Position numbers and translations under genes: made by a program. A stretch of DNA of 59,941 bases, filler included, from Squatina squatina (lineage: Eukaryota), in assembly GCA_031763465.1 (NCBI GenBank). It is 3 parts of 3 records of this genome, joined end to end, with 100 filler letters (N's around TTAATTAATTAA, not from the genome) between each part and the next. Parts side by side here need not be neighbours in the genome. Positions count along the whole stretch, not along the records: positions 23,021 to 45,179 come from JARFOE010000001.1; positions 45,280 to 59,941 come from JARFOE010000013.1; 1 more part is not named here. The stretch is one strand, 5' to 3'. This document shows, in pieces, positions 38,061 to 48,911 of this stretch; positions within the stretch are counted from its first letter, which is position 1; each line of letters opens with the position of its first letter. The notes under the pieces were generated by a model. It searched no databases and was not told where the DNA came from. It was given only the letters and a program-made list of their open reading frames with translations.

Positions 38061-38604
38061 CTAGAATGGAGATGGGCACACAGTTACTTTGCTCTGGGAT
38101 TATCTGGACTTTCACTGGAGTCATCGGCTGGACATTTGGGCCCAGGTATCAGGCTCCTCCCAATATCGAGACTGATCATACCTGCCATAACTCTCGCGTA
38201 ACACCATTTCTGGGAATGCCCTGCACCATCCCTCCAGGTTTAATGCTGTCACCACTTGGTACTGAGGCACGAGACCCTCGTCAAGCCAGACTCACTTCCA
38301 GAAGGCTCTCTCCTCCAAGAGAACCAGGTGAGAACAGCTCACACAGCAAAGGCTGGGGATGGACCCTGGGCCTTTCCTGCTCCGTGTGTGAGGGGCTCAG
38401 TACCACACCAGCCGGGGCATTTACCCATCGAGCAATTGGAGCCCCTCTCTTAGCCTTCACACTAACATCGCTCACTCACCATCTCCAATCACAGTAGCAG
38501 GGCGGCAGTAAAGTATCTGCAACTGCTGCCATGTTTACCCGAGCAGGACACTCCACTCACCCGAGCAGGTAACTCCACTCTTTGGAGCAGGCTACTCCAC
38601 TCAC

Positions 38605-38919
38605 CTGAGCAGGTAACTCCAGCATCCTTGCTGTGTGTACAGTTATTGACATCCGATGAGCTGGCAGGGCACTGATCGAGGGCAGGCTCCGTCCCGTTGC
38701 ACCTCAAACCCCCTAACCAGATGGCCCCAGTGCCCTCTCCATAGTAGGCGCCTCCATTTGCCGAAATGGCCGTCCCACAGCTCAGAAGTCTGCAGACCAC
38801 GCTCGCTGCATTTACGTCCCAGCCACTGTCGCAGACGGTCCCCCAGACAGACTTACGATAGACCTCAACTCTCCCGGAGCACATGTTGGTGCCATTCACC
38901 AGCCGTACTGGCACCGGAC
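38605..38919 (-). CDS. Group-B SRCR domain exon, domain 3
   Basis: 315-nt cag|GPVPVRLVNGTNMCSGRVEVYRKSVWGTVCD...HSKDAGVTCS|gtgagt. Confidence 0.9.
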
Positions 38920-39452
38920 CTGGAATAGAGACAAGAACAAAGTTAATCTGGTCTGGGGTTACTTGGAATTTCACTGGAGTCATTGGCTGGACATTTGGGC
39001 CCAGGTATCAGGCTCACTATACAGACTGATCCCACCTGCTCTAACTCAGCTGTAACACCTGTTTTGGGAATGTCCTGCAGCCCCCATCTGGGACTAACGC
39101 TGATATCACCTGGTACTGAGGCACGAGACCCTCACAGGCTCCCTCCCAAGAGCATCATTCCTCCAAGAGACGCAGGTGAGATCAGCTCACAAAGCCCAGG
39201 CTGGGGATAGAGCAGGGGGCTTTTCCTGTCTGTGTGTGAGGGGCACGGTACCATAACAGCTGGGACGTTAACTCATCACACAATTGCAGACAGTCCCTTT
39301 GCCTTCACACCAATACACCTCACTCACCGCCTCAGATTACAGAAGCAAAGCGGCAGTAAAGAAGCTGCCAATGCTGACATGTCCAGCTCAAGCAGCTAAT
39401 TCACTCCCCCGAGCGGGGAACTCCCCTCACCCGAGCCGGGAACTCCCCTCAC

Positions 39453-39767
39453 CCGAGCAGGTAACTCCGGCGTGCTTGCTGTGTGTGCAGTTATTCAGTC
39501 CCCGTGAGTGTGCAGGGCACTGATCGAGGGCAGGCTCTGTTCCGTTACACCTCACATCATCCGACCAGATGTCCCCAGTCCCCTGTCCATAGTAGGCGCC
39601 TCCTGTTGCTGACAGAGCCGTCCCACAGTTCAACACTCTGCAGACCACTGTCGTTGCGTTTACATCCCAGCCATCGTCACAGACGGTCCCCCAGACGGAT
39701 TTATGATAGACCTCAACTCGCCCGGAGCACATGTTGTTACCGTTCACCAGCCGTATGGGCACCGGAC
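39453..39767 (-). CDS. Group-B SRCR domain exon, domain 2
   Basis: 315-nt cag|GPVPIRLVNGNNMCSGRVEVYHKSVWGTVCDD...HSKHAGVTCS|gtgagg. Confidence 0.9.
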
Positions 39768-40175
39768 CTGGAATAGAGATGGGAACACGGTTAATGTGGT
39801 CTGGGATTACCTGGATATTCACTGGATTCATCGGTTGAACATTTGGGCCCAGGTTTCAGGATTCCCCCACTTTCCAGACTGATCCCACCTGCACCAGATT
39901 TGAGAAGGACCTGCAGACCCCATCCAGGATTAATTCTGCCACCACCTGGTGACTCCATCCTTCAAGAAACCCAGTGAGATCAGCTAACGCAGCACAGGCC
40001 AGAAATGGAGCCTGGGCCTTTCCTGATTTGTGTGTGGGCTCAACACACCAGCTGGGACATTTACCCCACAAACAGTTGCAGACCTTCCCTTTGCCTTCAC
40101 GCTAATACCCCTCACTCATTATCTCCAATCATTTCAGCAGGGCAGCAGTAAAGTAGCTACCAGCACTGCTGCGCT

Positions 40176-40397
40176 AACCGGAGCAGGGAACCCTACTCAC
40201 CCGAGGGGGGAACTCACCTCGCCCGAGTGGGGAACTCACCTCGCCCGAGTGGGGAGCTCCACCCACCCGAGCAGGTAGCTCCACTCACCGAGCGGGGAAC
40301 TCCCCTCACCCGAGCAGGTAGCTCCACTCACCCGAGCGGGGAACTCCCCTCGCCCGAGCAGGTAGCTCCACTCACCCGAGCTGGGAGCTCCACTCAC
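40176..40397. repeat. 22-bp minisatellite (about 10 units)
   Basis: Same unit; several copies keep the exon-type GAGCAGGTA variant. Confidence 0.9.
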
Positions 40398-40712
40398 CCG
40401 AGCAGATAACTGCAGCGTCCTTGCTGTGTGTGCAGTTATTGGCAGCCAAGGGGTTGGAAGAGCACTGATCGAGGGCAGGCTCTGTCCCGTTACACCTCAC
40501 ATCATTCAACCAGATGTCCCCAGTCCCCTGTCCATAGTAGGCGCCTCCTCTTGCTGACAGGGCCGTCCCACAGTTCAACACTCTGCAGACCACGCTCGCT
40601 GCATTTACATCCCAGCCATCGTCACAGACGGTCCCCCAGACGGTTTTATGAAAGACCTCAACTCGCCCGGTGCACATGTTGGTACCGTTCACCAGCCGTA
40701 TGGGCATCGGAC
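40398..40712 (-). CDS. Group-B SRCR domain exon, domain 1
   Basis: 315-nt cag|GPMPIRLVNGTNMCTGRVEVFHKTVWGTVCDD...HSKDAAVICS|gtgagt. Confidence 0.9.
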
Positions 40713-41020
40713 CTGCAATAAAGACAGGAACACAGTTAAACTAGTGTGGGATTATGTGGACTTGACTGGAGTCATCGGCTGGACATTTGGGCTTCGGTGT
40801 CAACACTGGTTAGCACAGAGGCCATGCAACTAAGAGCAGTAATCGAGAGGACTGGACGAGGAATCCAGGGACTTGTGCAAGTAATCTGGACATCATGATC
40901 TAACCCGTGCTATACCTACCTTGGGAGCATTTGAAGGAAAGCTCTACTCTTAGTCTAACTTGTGCTGCACCTGCCATCAGCTTGCTCAGCATAAAAGGCA
41001 CCAACCAATTACCTGAGCAC

Positions 41021-41145
41021 CTAATTCCACTCACCCGAGCGGGGAACTCCCCTCACCCGAGCGGGGAACTCCACTCACCCGAGCGGGGATCTCCACTCAC
41101 CCGAGCGGGGATCTCCACTCACCCGAGCGGGGATCTCCACTCACC
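41021..41145. repeat. 22-bp minisatellite running into a gap
   Basis: 5-6 near-perfect TCACCCGAGCGGGGA(A/T)CTCC(A/C)C units. Confidence 0.9.
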
Positions 41146-41245
41146 NNNNNNNNNNNNNNNNNNNNNNNNNNNNNNNNNNNNNNNNNNNNNNNNNNNNNNN
41201 NNNNNNNNNNNNNNNNNNNNNNNNNNNNNNNNNNNNNNNNNNNNN

Positions 41246-41654
41246 ACTATATAGCATTTCAAAGCTGCTACCAGGGGACCTATACACAAGTCCCACAACA
41301 GTTTTATATCCTTTCCTATTTCTTAATTCTACCCTCAAAGACTCCACTGCCTGCTTACCTCATGTTATATCCTCTCATCATTGAAGAGATTTCATCCTTA
41401 ATCACTGAGGCTACTCATCCCCCTTTGCCATTTTCCCTAACTTTCCTGTCGACTTTCTAACCTGGTATATTTAGTTGCCAGTCCTGACCATCTTGCAGCC
41501 ACATCTCAGTAATGGCTACCATGTCATACTCTCCAAGTTGAATTTGTGCCTGTAATTCATTCAATTTATTCCTTGTGCTCCATGCGTTTGTATAAAGAAT
41601 GCTTATTTGAGCCACACACCCCAGCCTGTCCTTCAGCTCTAATGCTTTTCTCAC
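41246..41654 (-). mobile_element. CR1 LINE ORF2 APE endonuclease fragment
   Basis: ILYTNAWSTRNKLNELQAQI...YDMVAITEMWL...ESLRVELRNRKG..TVVGLVYRSP. Confidence 0.85.
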
Positions 41655-41909
41655 TTGTTTCTCTTATTTCTTTCACCTGGTTTAATCACTTTACATCTTT
41701 TAGTTTTCCCTCTACATGTAGTGCCTAAAGCATAGTTTCGGACTGTTACTCTACTCTCTTCCCTTGCATTTGTTTTTGAGCTCTTATTGTTACTACCATT
41801 TCCACCTGANNNNNNNNNNNNNNNNNNNNNNNNNNNNNNNNNNNNNNNNNNNNNNNNNNNNNNNNNNNNNNNNNNNNNNNNNNNNNNNNNNNNNNNNNNN
41901 NNNNNNNNN

Positions 41910-42738
41910 GAGACTGTGTCCTCTGTTCCTAGACTCACCCATGAGAGGAAACATCCGCTTAGCATTTACCCTGTCCAGCCCCCTGAGAACCTTATATGTT
42001 TCAATACGATCTCTTTGCTTTTATATTCTATTAATCTATTTATAAACCAATAACGCATATGCTTCTTTCACCCCCCTTATCAACTCTCCCTGCCACCTTT
42101 AAGGATTTGTGTACGCGCACACAGGTCAGTCTGCTCACCTGCTCTTTTCACACTGCTCCCCATTGAACTGCACCTGCTACGCTTCTGCCCATTTCACCAT
42201 CCTGTCTTTCACACTGGAGCCCGGAACTATCTCATTTCATGATTTGCCACTTTGTCAAGATTCAAATGAGCTGCAAACATTATAATGTTGCTCCCTGCGC
42301 CCAAGTCTCTAGTCGTTCATCGAAGCTGCCGAGAGTAATGGACCCAAAACTGACCCTTGGCGAGCACCACCGCCAACCGCCTCCCGGTCCGAAAAAACGT
42401 CCAATCACCGCTTCACTTTGCTTCCTGTCGCTGAGCCAAATCCCTGTCCATACCGCCACTTTCCCCTTAACTTTGTGGGTTGCCATCTTCTTAATAAGAA
42501 TTCTGCGCGGCACTTTGGGGAATGCCTTCTGAAAGTCCATAGGAGCAAGATCTGCTGCACTATCTTGATCGACCTTCTCCGTTAACTCATCAAAGAATTC
42601 AATCAAGTTCGTCAGACACGATTTACCTTTAACAAATCCGTGCTGCCCCTCCTTGATTAACCCATGCCTTTCCAAATTAAAGTTTATTTTGTCCCTGATA
42701 ATGGTTTCCAATAACTGCCCCGCCCAGGTTATAAATAA
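41910..42738 (-). mobile_element. CR1 LINE RT and 3' fragments
   Basis: QHGFVKGKSCLTNLIEFFDE...MDFQKAF.KVP.R.L; internally deleted. Confidence 0.85.
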
Positions 42739-42838
42739 NNNNNNNNNNNNNNNNNNNNNNNNNNNNNNNNNNNNNNNNNNNNNNNNNNNNNNNNNNNNNN
42801 NNNNNNNNNNNNNNNNNNNNNNNNNNNNNNNNNNNNNN

Positions 42839-43440
42839 CGAGCACAGGACCCAAAACTGACCCTTGGACCAACCACCTCCTAGTCTGAAAAACATCGATC
42901 CACCTCCCTTTGCTTCCTGTCACGGAGCCAATGTCATATCCATACCATCACTTTCTGCTTCATTCTGTGGGCTTCCATCTTCTTAACAAGCCTCCTTTGT
43001 GGCACTTTGTTGAATACCTTCCGAAAGTCTATATATACATCTACTCCACTACTCTGAGTAACCTTCTCTGTTTCTTCATTAAAGAATTCAATCAAGTTAA
43101 TCAGATACGATTTGCCTTTAACAAATCCATGCTGGCTCTCCTTGATTAAACTATGCCTTACCAAATGAAAGTTTATTTTTTCCCTGATATTGGTTTCCAA
43201 TGACTTCCTCACCACCAATGTTAGGCTGACTGGCCTGTGGTTTCCTGGTTTATCCCTCTCCCCTTTCTTGAATAGTGGTATAACATTAACAACCCTCCAG
43301 TCCTCCGGCACTACTCATGTATCCAATGAGGACTGAAAGATTGTGACTAATGCCTTTGCAATTTCTACCTTTGCTTCTGTCAGCAACCTCGGATGCATCC
43401 CATCTGGACCAGGTGACTTACCAACTTCCCGTAATGCTAA
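42839..43440 (-). mobile_element. CR1 LINE RT fragment (second copy)
   Basis: PEDWRVVNVIPLFKKGERDKPGNHRPVSLT...SQHGFVKGKS.L.NLIEFF...DFRKVFNKVP. Confidence 0.88.
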
Positions 43441-43499
43441 TCTTTATGGTACATCTTCTCTATCGATAACTGTCCTGTTCATAACTTCCCTTTAAAATG

Positions 43500-43670
43500 T
43501 TTCCTCCTTTAAAATCCACCTTAAATTGGTTTTGACCAAGCTTTTGGTCACCTGACCTAATATCTCCTTGTGTGGCTCTGTGTCAAATTTTGTCTGATAA
43601 TGCCCCTGTGAAGCAACATGAGATATTTTACACCGTTAAAGGCACTGTATAAATAGAAGTTGTTGTTGTA
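43500..43670 (+). mobile_element. L2-clade LINE 3' tail
   Basis: TTTGACCAAGCTTTTGGTCACC...CTGTGAAGC...GTTAAAGGCACTGTATAAAT plus a (GTT)n tail. Confidence 0.6.
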
Positions 43671-43994
43671 AGTAGTGTACTGCCATTATTGGCCTGCAAA
43701 CACCATGCTCCTACGTGAAAACAGCAATGGAAACCACACCATGCAGCAAGTGTTAATTCAGACAAAACATCGACTACATCTACCTGTTCGCATGAAGTAT
43801 CTCTTCCCACAGAGTTATCCAGTCTTTTCTCTTTCAGGCATTTATTGATGAGCTATATGTATTCACAGCATCTTCTGCTTCTGGAAGAATCATANNNNNN
43901 NNNNNNNNNNNNNNNNNNNNNNNNNNNNNNNNNNNNNNNNNNNNNNNNNNNNNNNNNNNNNNNNNNNNNNNNNNNNNNNNNNNNNNNNNNNNNN

Positions 43995-44160
43995 AGTTCC
44001 TTGGGCCAGAGATTCCCATGAGTCGTGGGGATGCTGCATTTTTTCAGGGAGGCTTTGAGGACGTCCTTTTAGCGTTTCCTCTGCCCATCTGGAAGTTGCT
44101 TGCCGTGACGGAGCTCAGAATATAGTGCTTGTTTTGGGAGTCTTGAATCAGGCGTGCATC
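43995..44160 (-). mobile_element. RTE-clade LINE C-terminal fragment
   Basis: Minus frame PDSRLPKQALYSELRHGKQLPDGQRKR*KDVLKASLKKC, the RTE RLPK..LY.EL..G.R..G.Q.KR.KD.LK motif. Confidence 0.7.
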
Positions 44161-44397
44161 TATAATAAAGCTATTAATGTCACAAATTCCTTATTTGAGT
44201 ATCACTGGTCTGCTACAGAGTCACTCTTGTAGCTGGACATTTACCACTTAATGGAGCTCATAGCTATTATCAGTAGCATCACAAATGCCCTGAGGAAATT
44301 TTGCTTTGTCCTGATTTTCCATAGTTGCAGATCCACTAGTAGTAATAGAAGTGTTTCCTAAACAGTCTTTCAATAACATCTTTTTATTTCTCCTCAG

Positions 44398-44580
44398 GCA
44401 CTGCTAAGCAACCCAAAAATTGATGTAACAGATGGAAAATATGCCTTTAAACCCAAGTACAATTTAAGAGATAAAAAGGCTCTTCTGAGGCTTTTGGACA
44501 AGCATGATCAGCGGGGTTTGGGAGGGATCCTCTTGGATGATATAGAGGAAGGACTACCAAATGCACAGAAAGCTATAAAG
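44398..44580 (+). CDS. GTF2E2: Transcription initiation factor IIE subunit beta, internal exon
   Basis: 183-nt cag|[61 protein letters not shown]|gt. Confidence 0.93.
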
Positions 44581-44821
44581 GTATCTGTTTAAACATTTTA
44601 CCAAGACTACATAACTGAGATGCTGCATATCTTAAATCACTCCCCTTGCCAACTATTAATCCCACTCTGTCCTAAATTTACCAACACAAACTGCCTCTTT
44701 GGGAAAGTGATAGATTACTCACTGTGCAAAGTAATTAAATCTAAGCTATCTGTTCACCTTATCTTTTCTGTGCTTGATTCTGTGCTGCCATCTTATTGTG
44801 AAGCTTGTGACTATAACTAGT

Positions 44822-45179
44822 GGCCCGAATTTTTGGGTGGTAATAACAGCGAGCTGTCAGCGTACCTCTGAAACTGACCGTAACTTCGGGATTTAGCACA
44901 TGCGCAGCTGAACGTGGAAATCTTGAAGTTGCAATCAGTTATTCTCTATTCCGCCACAGACTGCGCTGTGGAACTCCCGATACCCTACAATCAGATAAAC
45001 TGATGAAAATTTAAGCTTTTCCGATCAAATTGCACTGTTAAAACATCCCATAAAAAGTTGAGCAGTGTATTGACTGCTGAACAACCGTTCTGGCCCTGAA
45101 AATCTACTTTTATATTTGTGGAATGTCAAAATTTCTCCATTATGTTAAAAATTACTAGATTTTTAAAATAAAACATTTT
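44822..45179. mobile_element. MITE terminus (family of 3611-4373)
   Basis: GGCCCGAATTTTTGGGTGGTAATAACAGCGA...AACTTCGGGAT...ATCTTGAAGTTG is the reverse complement of the 5590 terminus. Confidence 0.5.
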
Positions 45180-45279
45180 NNNNNNNNNNNNNNNNNNNNN
45201 NNNNNNNNNNNNNNNNNNNNNNNTTAATTAATTAANNNNNNNNNNNNNNNNNNNNNNNNNNNNNNNNNNNNNNNNNNNN
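45180..45279. other. Artificial scaffold/contig linker
   Basis: 44 N + TTAATTAATTAA (45224-45235) + 44 N. Confidence 0.95.
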
Positions 45280-45280
45280 C

Positions 45281-45338
45281 CTTACCAAAGCTTCCTTTGC
45301 CAATTAGCTTCAATAAAGCAAAGTCTGTTGGCTTAGCC
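45281..45338 (-). CDS. SGK3: Serine/threonine kinase SGK3, exon at the start of the kinase domain
   Basis: 58-nt cag|AKPTDFALLKLIGKGSFGK (glycine-rich loop); only the donor G is visible before the gap. Confidence 0.88.
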
Positions 45339-45552
45339 CTGAAATAAATACACCCCCCCCACAAAAGTCAAAAATCTGTAAGTTAAGCAATGTGGGGTTA
45401 AAATACACAAAACATGAAATTATTGTGCTGTGTAATATAAAATGCGACAACTTACCAGATGATGCAGTTATTTTTTTAAATGGCAAGATGATCTAAGTTT
45501 TTATTACATTAAAAAAAATCAAAATAAATAACTAAAGCTATAAAGTACTCAC

Positions 45553-45602
45553 TGTGGATTTCCTGAGGCACCAAGATAAATGCTTTCAGAGGTAGAATGT
45601 TG
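45553..45602 (-). CDS. SGK3: SGK3, internal exon
   Basis: 50-nt cag|QHSTSESIYLGASGNP(Q)|gtgagt; phases join both neighbouring exons. Confidence 0.85.
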
Positions 45603-45728
45603 CTGTAGAAATAAAAATATTAAAGCTCTGTGACGCAGGCATGACAATAAATTGCATTAAGACAGAAAACGGTCAGTCTCCGAGGTAGTAAGTACATTTT
45701 AAAACTAAATCTTCTGTATGTACAGTAC

Positions 45729-45816
45729 CATATGACCAGACTTTTCATCTTCATCTTCTGATGGATCTGATTGATTCTTTGGGTTGTCCATTTGAAGAAA
45801 TGCTCGAACATCAAGG
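45729..45816 (-). CDS. SGK3: SGK3, exon at the end of the PX domain
   Basis: 88-nt tag|[29 protein letters not shown]|gt, an SGK3-specific linker; VCPIP1 is the neighbour. Confidence 0.88.
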
Positions 45817-46926
45817 CTAAATGAAACAAAGTAGCTTTTTTCAATGGTAGTTAGCTTTGATACTCTAAAGAAATGGGTAAAAAATTAGAATAAAACAAAA
45901 AGTTAAAATGCCAAAAACCATGCTAACACACCACAGGAAGTTTCAAAGGAGAGCTGGACCAGCTCTTGGGCCTGCATCTTGTAAAAGGTAGGCAATTTAA
46001 CAGTTAACATTAACATGGTCAATGTGGTCTCCTGGACTGGTTTTAAATCACCTGAAAGGGTTGAAGAGTAATTTTCTCGATTTCTNNNNNNNNNNNNNNN
46101 NNNNNNNNNNNNNNNNNNNNNNNNNNNNNNNNNNNNNNNNNNNNNNNNNNNNNNNNNNNNNNNNNNNNNNNNNNNNNNNNNNNNNGCTGGAAATTTACTC
46201 AGACCAGTTGTTGCTCAGCCGCTGTTATTTCTAGGCAAGTGCAATGGAAAACCGATTTCTGCTGCACTTCCAGCAAAACTATGGTGGTGGAGAGGAGCAG
46301 CTTCAAGCTAGTATTTGACAACCACTGTGCATCACAGCACAACTGGACTGCTTAGATTTTTCTATAAGGTGCTCACGAAATTCTGCTGTGGAATCTCTTT
46401 CATACCTCACAGTTATTACTCAGAATGACGCATTTAGATTTAATCTGGGTAAAAGTACCATATTTGTATTGCTGGAGGCAGGACAGAGAAAGGAAATTCA
46501 AAGTGTTGACCCCATATCCACGAATAGATTACATTACAAGCAACTTCAATATTATCTTGTTTTATGCATATAGTAGAGATTACCTGGATCAAAATTGTCT
46601 CCAAATATTCTTTTTGCAGGAAGCTTCAGGGGAAATTGAGGTAACTGCTTCTTTAGCTAACACAGACAGAAAAGGAAGCCAGATTAGTTTTTGTTTTACC
46701 AAAACGTTTCTATTCATATCATATTTCTGTAGCAGAGAATTCACAATATAGTAAGTGGATCTATCACGGCTTTTCTCATGGGTAGTTTGTGGTGTGGAGC
46801 ATGGTTATGATGTTTAGTGGCTTCCANNNNNNNNNNNNNNNNNNNNNNNNNNNNNNNNNNNNNNNNNNNNNNNNNNNNNNNNNNNNNNNNNNNNNNNNNN
46901 NNNNNNNNNNNNNNNNNNNNNNNNNN

Positions 46927-48365
46927 CCCGATGATAGGCCCCAGTATAGTGAGTGTTGGTCATCTTCCGAGGCACCGGGAGCACCAAGGCCAATGTGCCC
47001 CCTGCAACAGCAAAGGTTCAGTCCACCATCAGCGGATGGTTGCGCGGCACCATCGTAGAGTGATTATCTACTGCCATATAAACCCCTCCAGTTAGAAGAA
47101 ATGCTGACTAGCATGATGAAATTGAAACATGGAGGAGTTGCCTATGTCCATTTTGCCAATGTAGAACAGATAGGCGGCGTCAATAATTGTAACGATGACG
47201 AAATGAAGAAACCGACACTGTTCTCCCTAGACGGGAAGCTGTATCAGAGTTTGACGGCAGCCACTGAAGTGGGGGGCGGAATAGTGAACGGCTTGAAAGA
47301 TGAAATTTTAGTGGCACTAGGCCATAGCCAAGGTAGTCCTTTCTTACAAGCTCAACAAACTAGGCAGCAGGCAGGCGAGTCGCCGGACACATTCGCGGAT
47401 AGATTGTGGCGGGTATACTTGAAAACAACTGGAGGAAATCTAATACGCACGAACTTAATAGAGGCTCCCAGAAATCATTGGCTGAAGACCATAGTGTCCA
47501 ACAGATCAGGGAAAGGCCGGGGCATGGTTTGACCCTGAGGACAATAATAATACGGACGTGGGCGTGCTAAGGAAGCTTACTTGAGCTTTCAAATCAGACA
47601 AAGGGGAAGAAAATAAACAAAGGGGAAGGTGCATGAAGTAAGAGGAAACGTGGGGAGTAAAAAGAAATGGAGGTACAAGGTGGGTAATGCGGGCAAACTC
47701 CAGGCTTGTTTCAACTGTGGAAGAATGGGACACTGGAGTAAGGAGTGTAGGTTCCCGAAAGAGGCGAAACCAGAATACAAGGGTCTCAAGGGGTCGAAAC
47801 CATGGGTGGTAGAGACAAATCAAGAGAAAGTAGAAGACCAGTGAAACTCTTAGTGGCCGCACTACAGCAGGTTATGTCCAGAGATCAAGGGAAACTGGGC
47901 GCTGCAGTGAAAGAGCCGTGCCCAGCCCGAATACCTGTGTCCTCTCACCTATGATGAGTGGGGTAGACCATGTGTAAATATTGAAATAGAGACCACTCGG
48001 GGAAGGTATCTAGTGGACACTGGAGCCTCTAGTACGATGGCCCACTCACCAGATCCAACCACTTCCCAATGGTCAAGTGGAGACCCCTTTAAATTGGCAG
48101 GTTTCACAGGTAATGAACAAGCTGGGGCGGTCGATACCCTTGACTATAAGATTAGGACCCTTGTCACCAAATGGGAATGTGTTCTCTTGAAATGGGAACA
48201 GCCCGGCTCGGGGGTTCTCGGGTCCGAGTACATGTGGGTCCACCATGTGATAGTAGATATGAAAAACAACTGTCTATGGGGGGAGTTGATTCGGATAAAC
48301 TAGAGGAGATTTTAGTTATTCCCAACGATGAAAGGGTAAAAGGCAGCACCTGTACGATGGAACCA
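46927..48365 (+). mobile_element. ERV-like gag-pro fragment (copy B)
   Basis: CCHC knuckle CFNCGRMGHWSKEC (47707-47748), aspartic protease YLVDTGAS (D at 48016); frameshifted. Confidence 0.9.
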
Positions 48366-48465
48366 NNNNNNNNNNNNNNNNNNNNNNNNNNNNNNNNNNN
48401 NNNNNNNNNNNNNNNNNNNNNNNNNNNNNNNNNNNNNNNNNNNNNNNNNNNNNNNNNNNNNNNNN

Positions 48466-48872
48466 GACAACATCGACACGACGGGGCTGCAGTCAGGTGA
48501 AGACGGACGGAGACCAGTCACCTCCAGATCCAGGCCTACAATCAACATCGGTAATGACCAGCCACGTGGGTGATTGTAAGTTCCAGGCACATCACTAAGG
48601 GTTGTGCATTGCGGAAGCTGCATTCAAGGCAAGAAGGACGGAAACCGGTCAGTTCCAGGTCCAGGCCTACGATCAGCATCGGTAACAACTAGCCACGTGA
48701 GTGATTGTAAGTTTCAGTCAAATCATAGATGGGTTTGTACTGGGGTTTTGTTGGTTTTAATAAACTAACTAGTTTTGGTTGAGCCAGGACCTGTTTGTTG
48801 TGTATATTTTGTTCCTGTAATTCCCGAGTCCAAAAATCAGTGTAAGGCACGAAAGGAACGGAACACCTTACA
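48466..48872 (+). mobile_element. Putative 5' LTR (3' part) of ERV copy C
   Basis: Internal 131-bp-offset duplication, AATAAA at 48759, ends in CCTTACA just before a TGG-initiated PBS-like site and gag; the 5' end is lost in the gap. Confidence 0.65.
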
Positions 48873-48876
48873 ATCT

Positions 48877-48894
48877 TGGGGCCCGCGGCAGGAC
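48877..48894 (+). promoter_or_regulatory. Putative primer-binding site
   Basis: TGGGGCCCGCGGCAGGAC begins 4 nt after the LTR-terminal CA; tRNA identity unresolved. Confidence 0.4.
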
Positions 48895-48911
48895 TTGAGG
48901 TCGGAAACACA

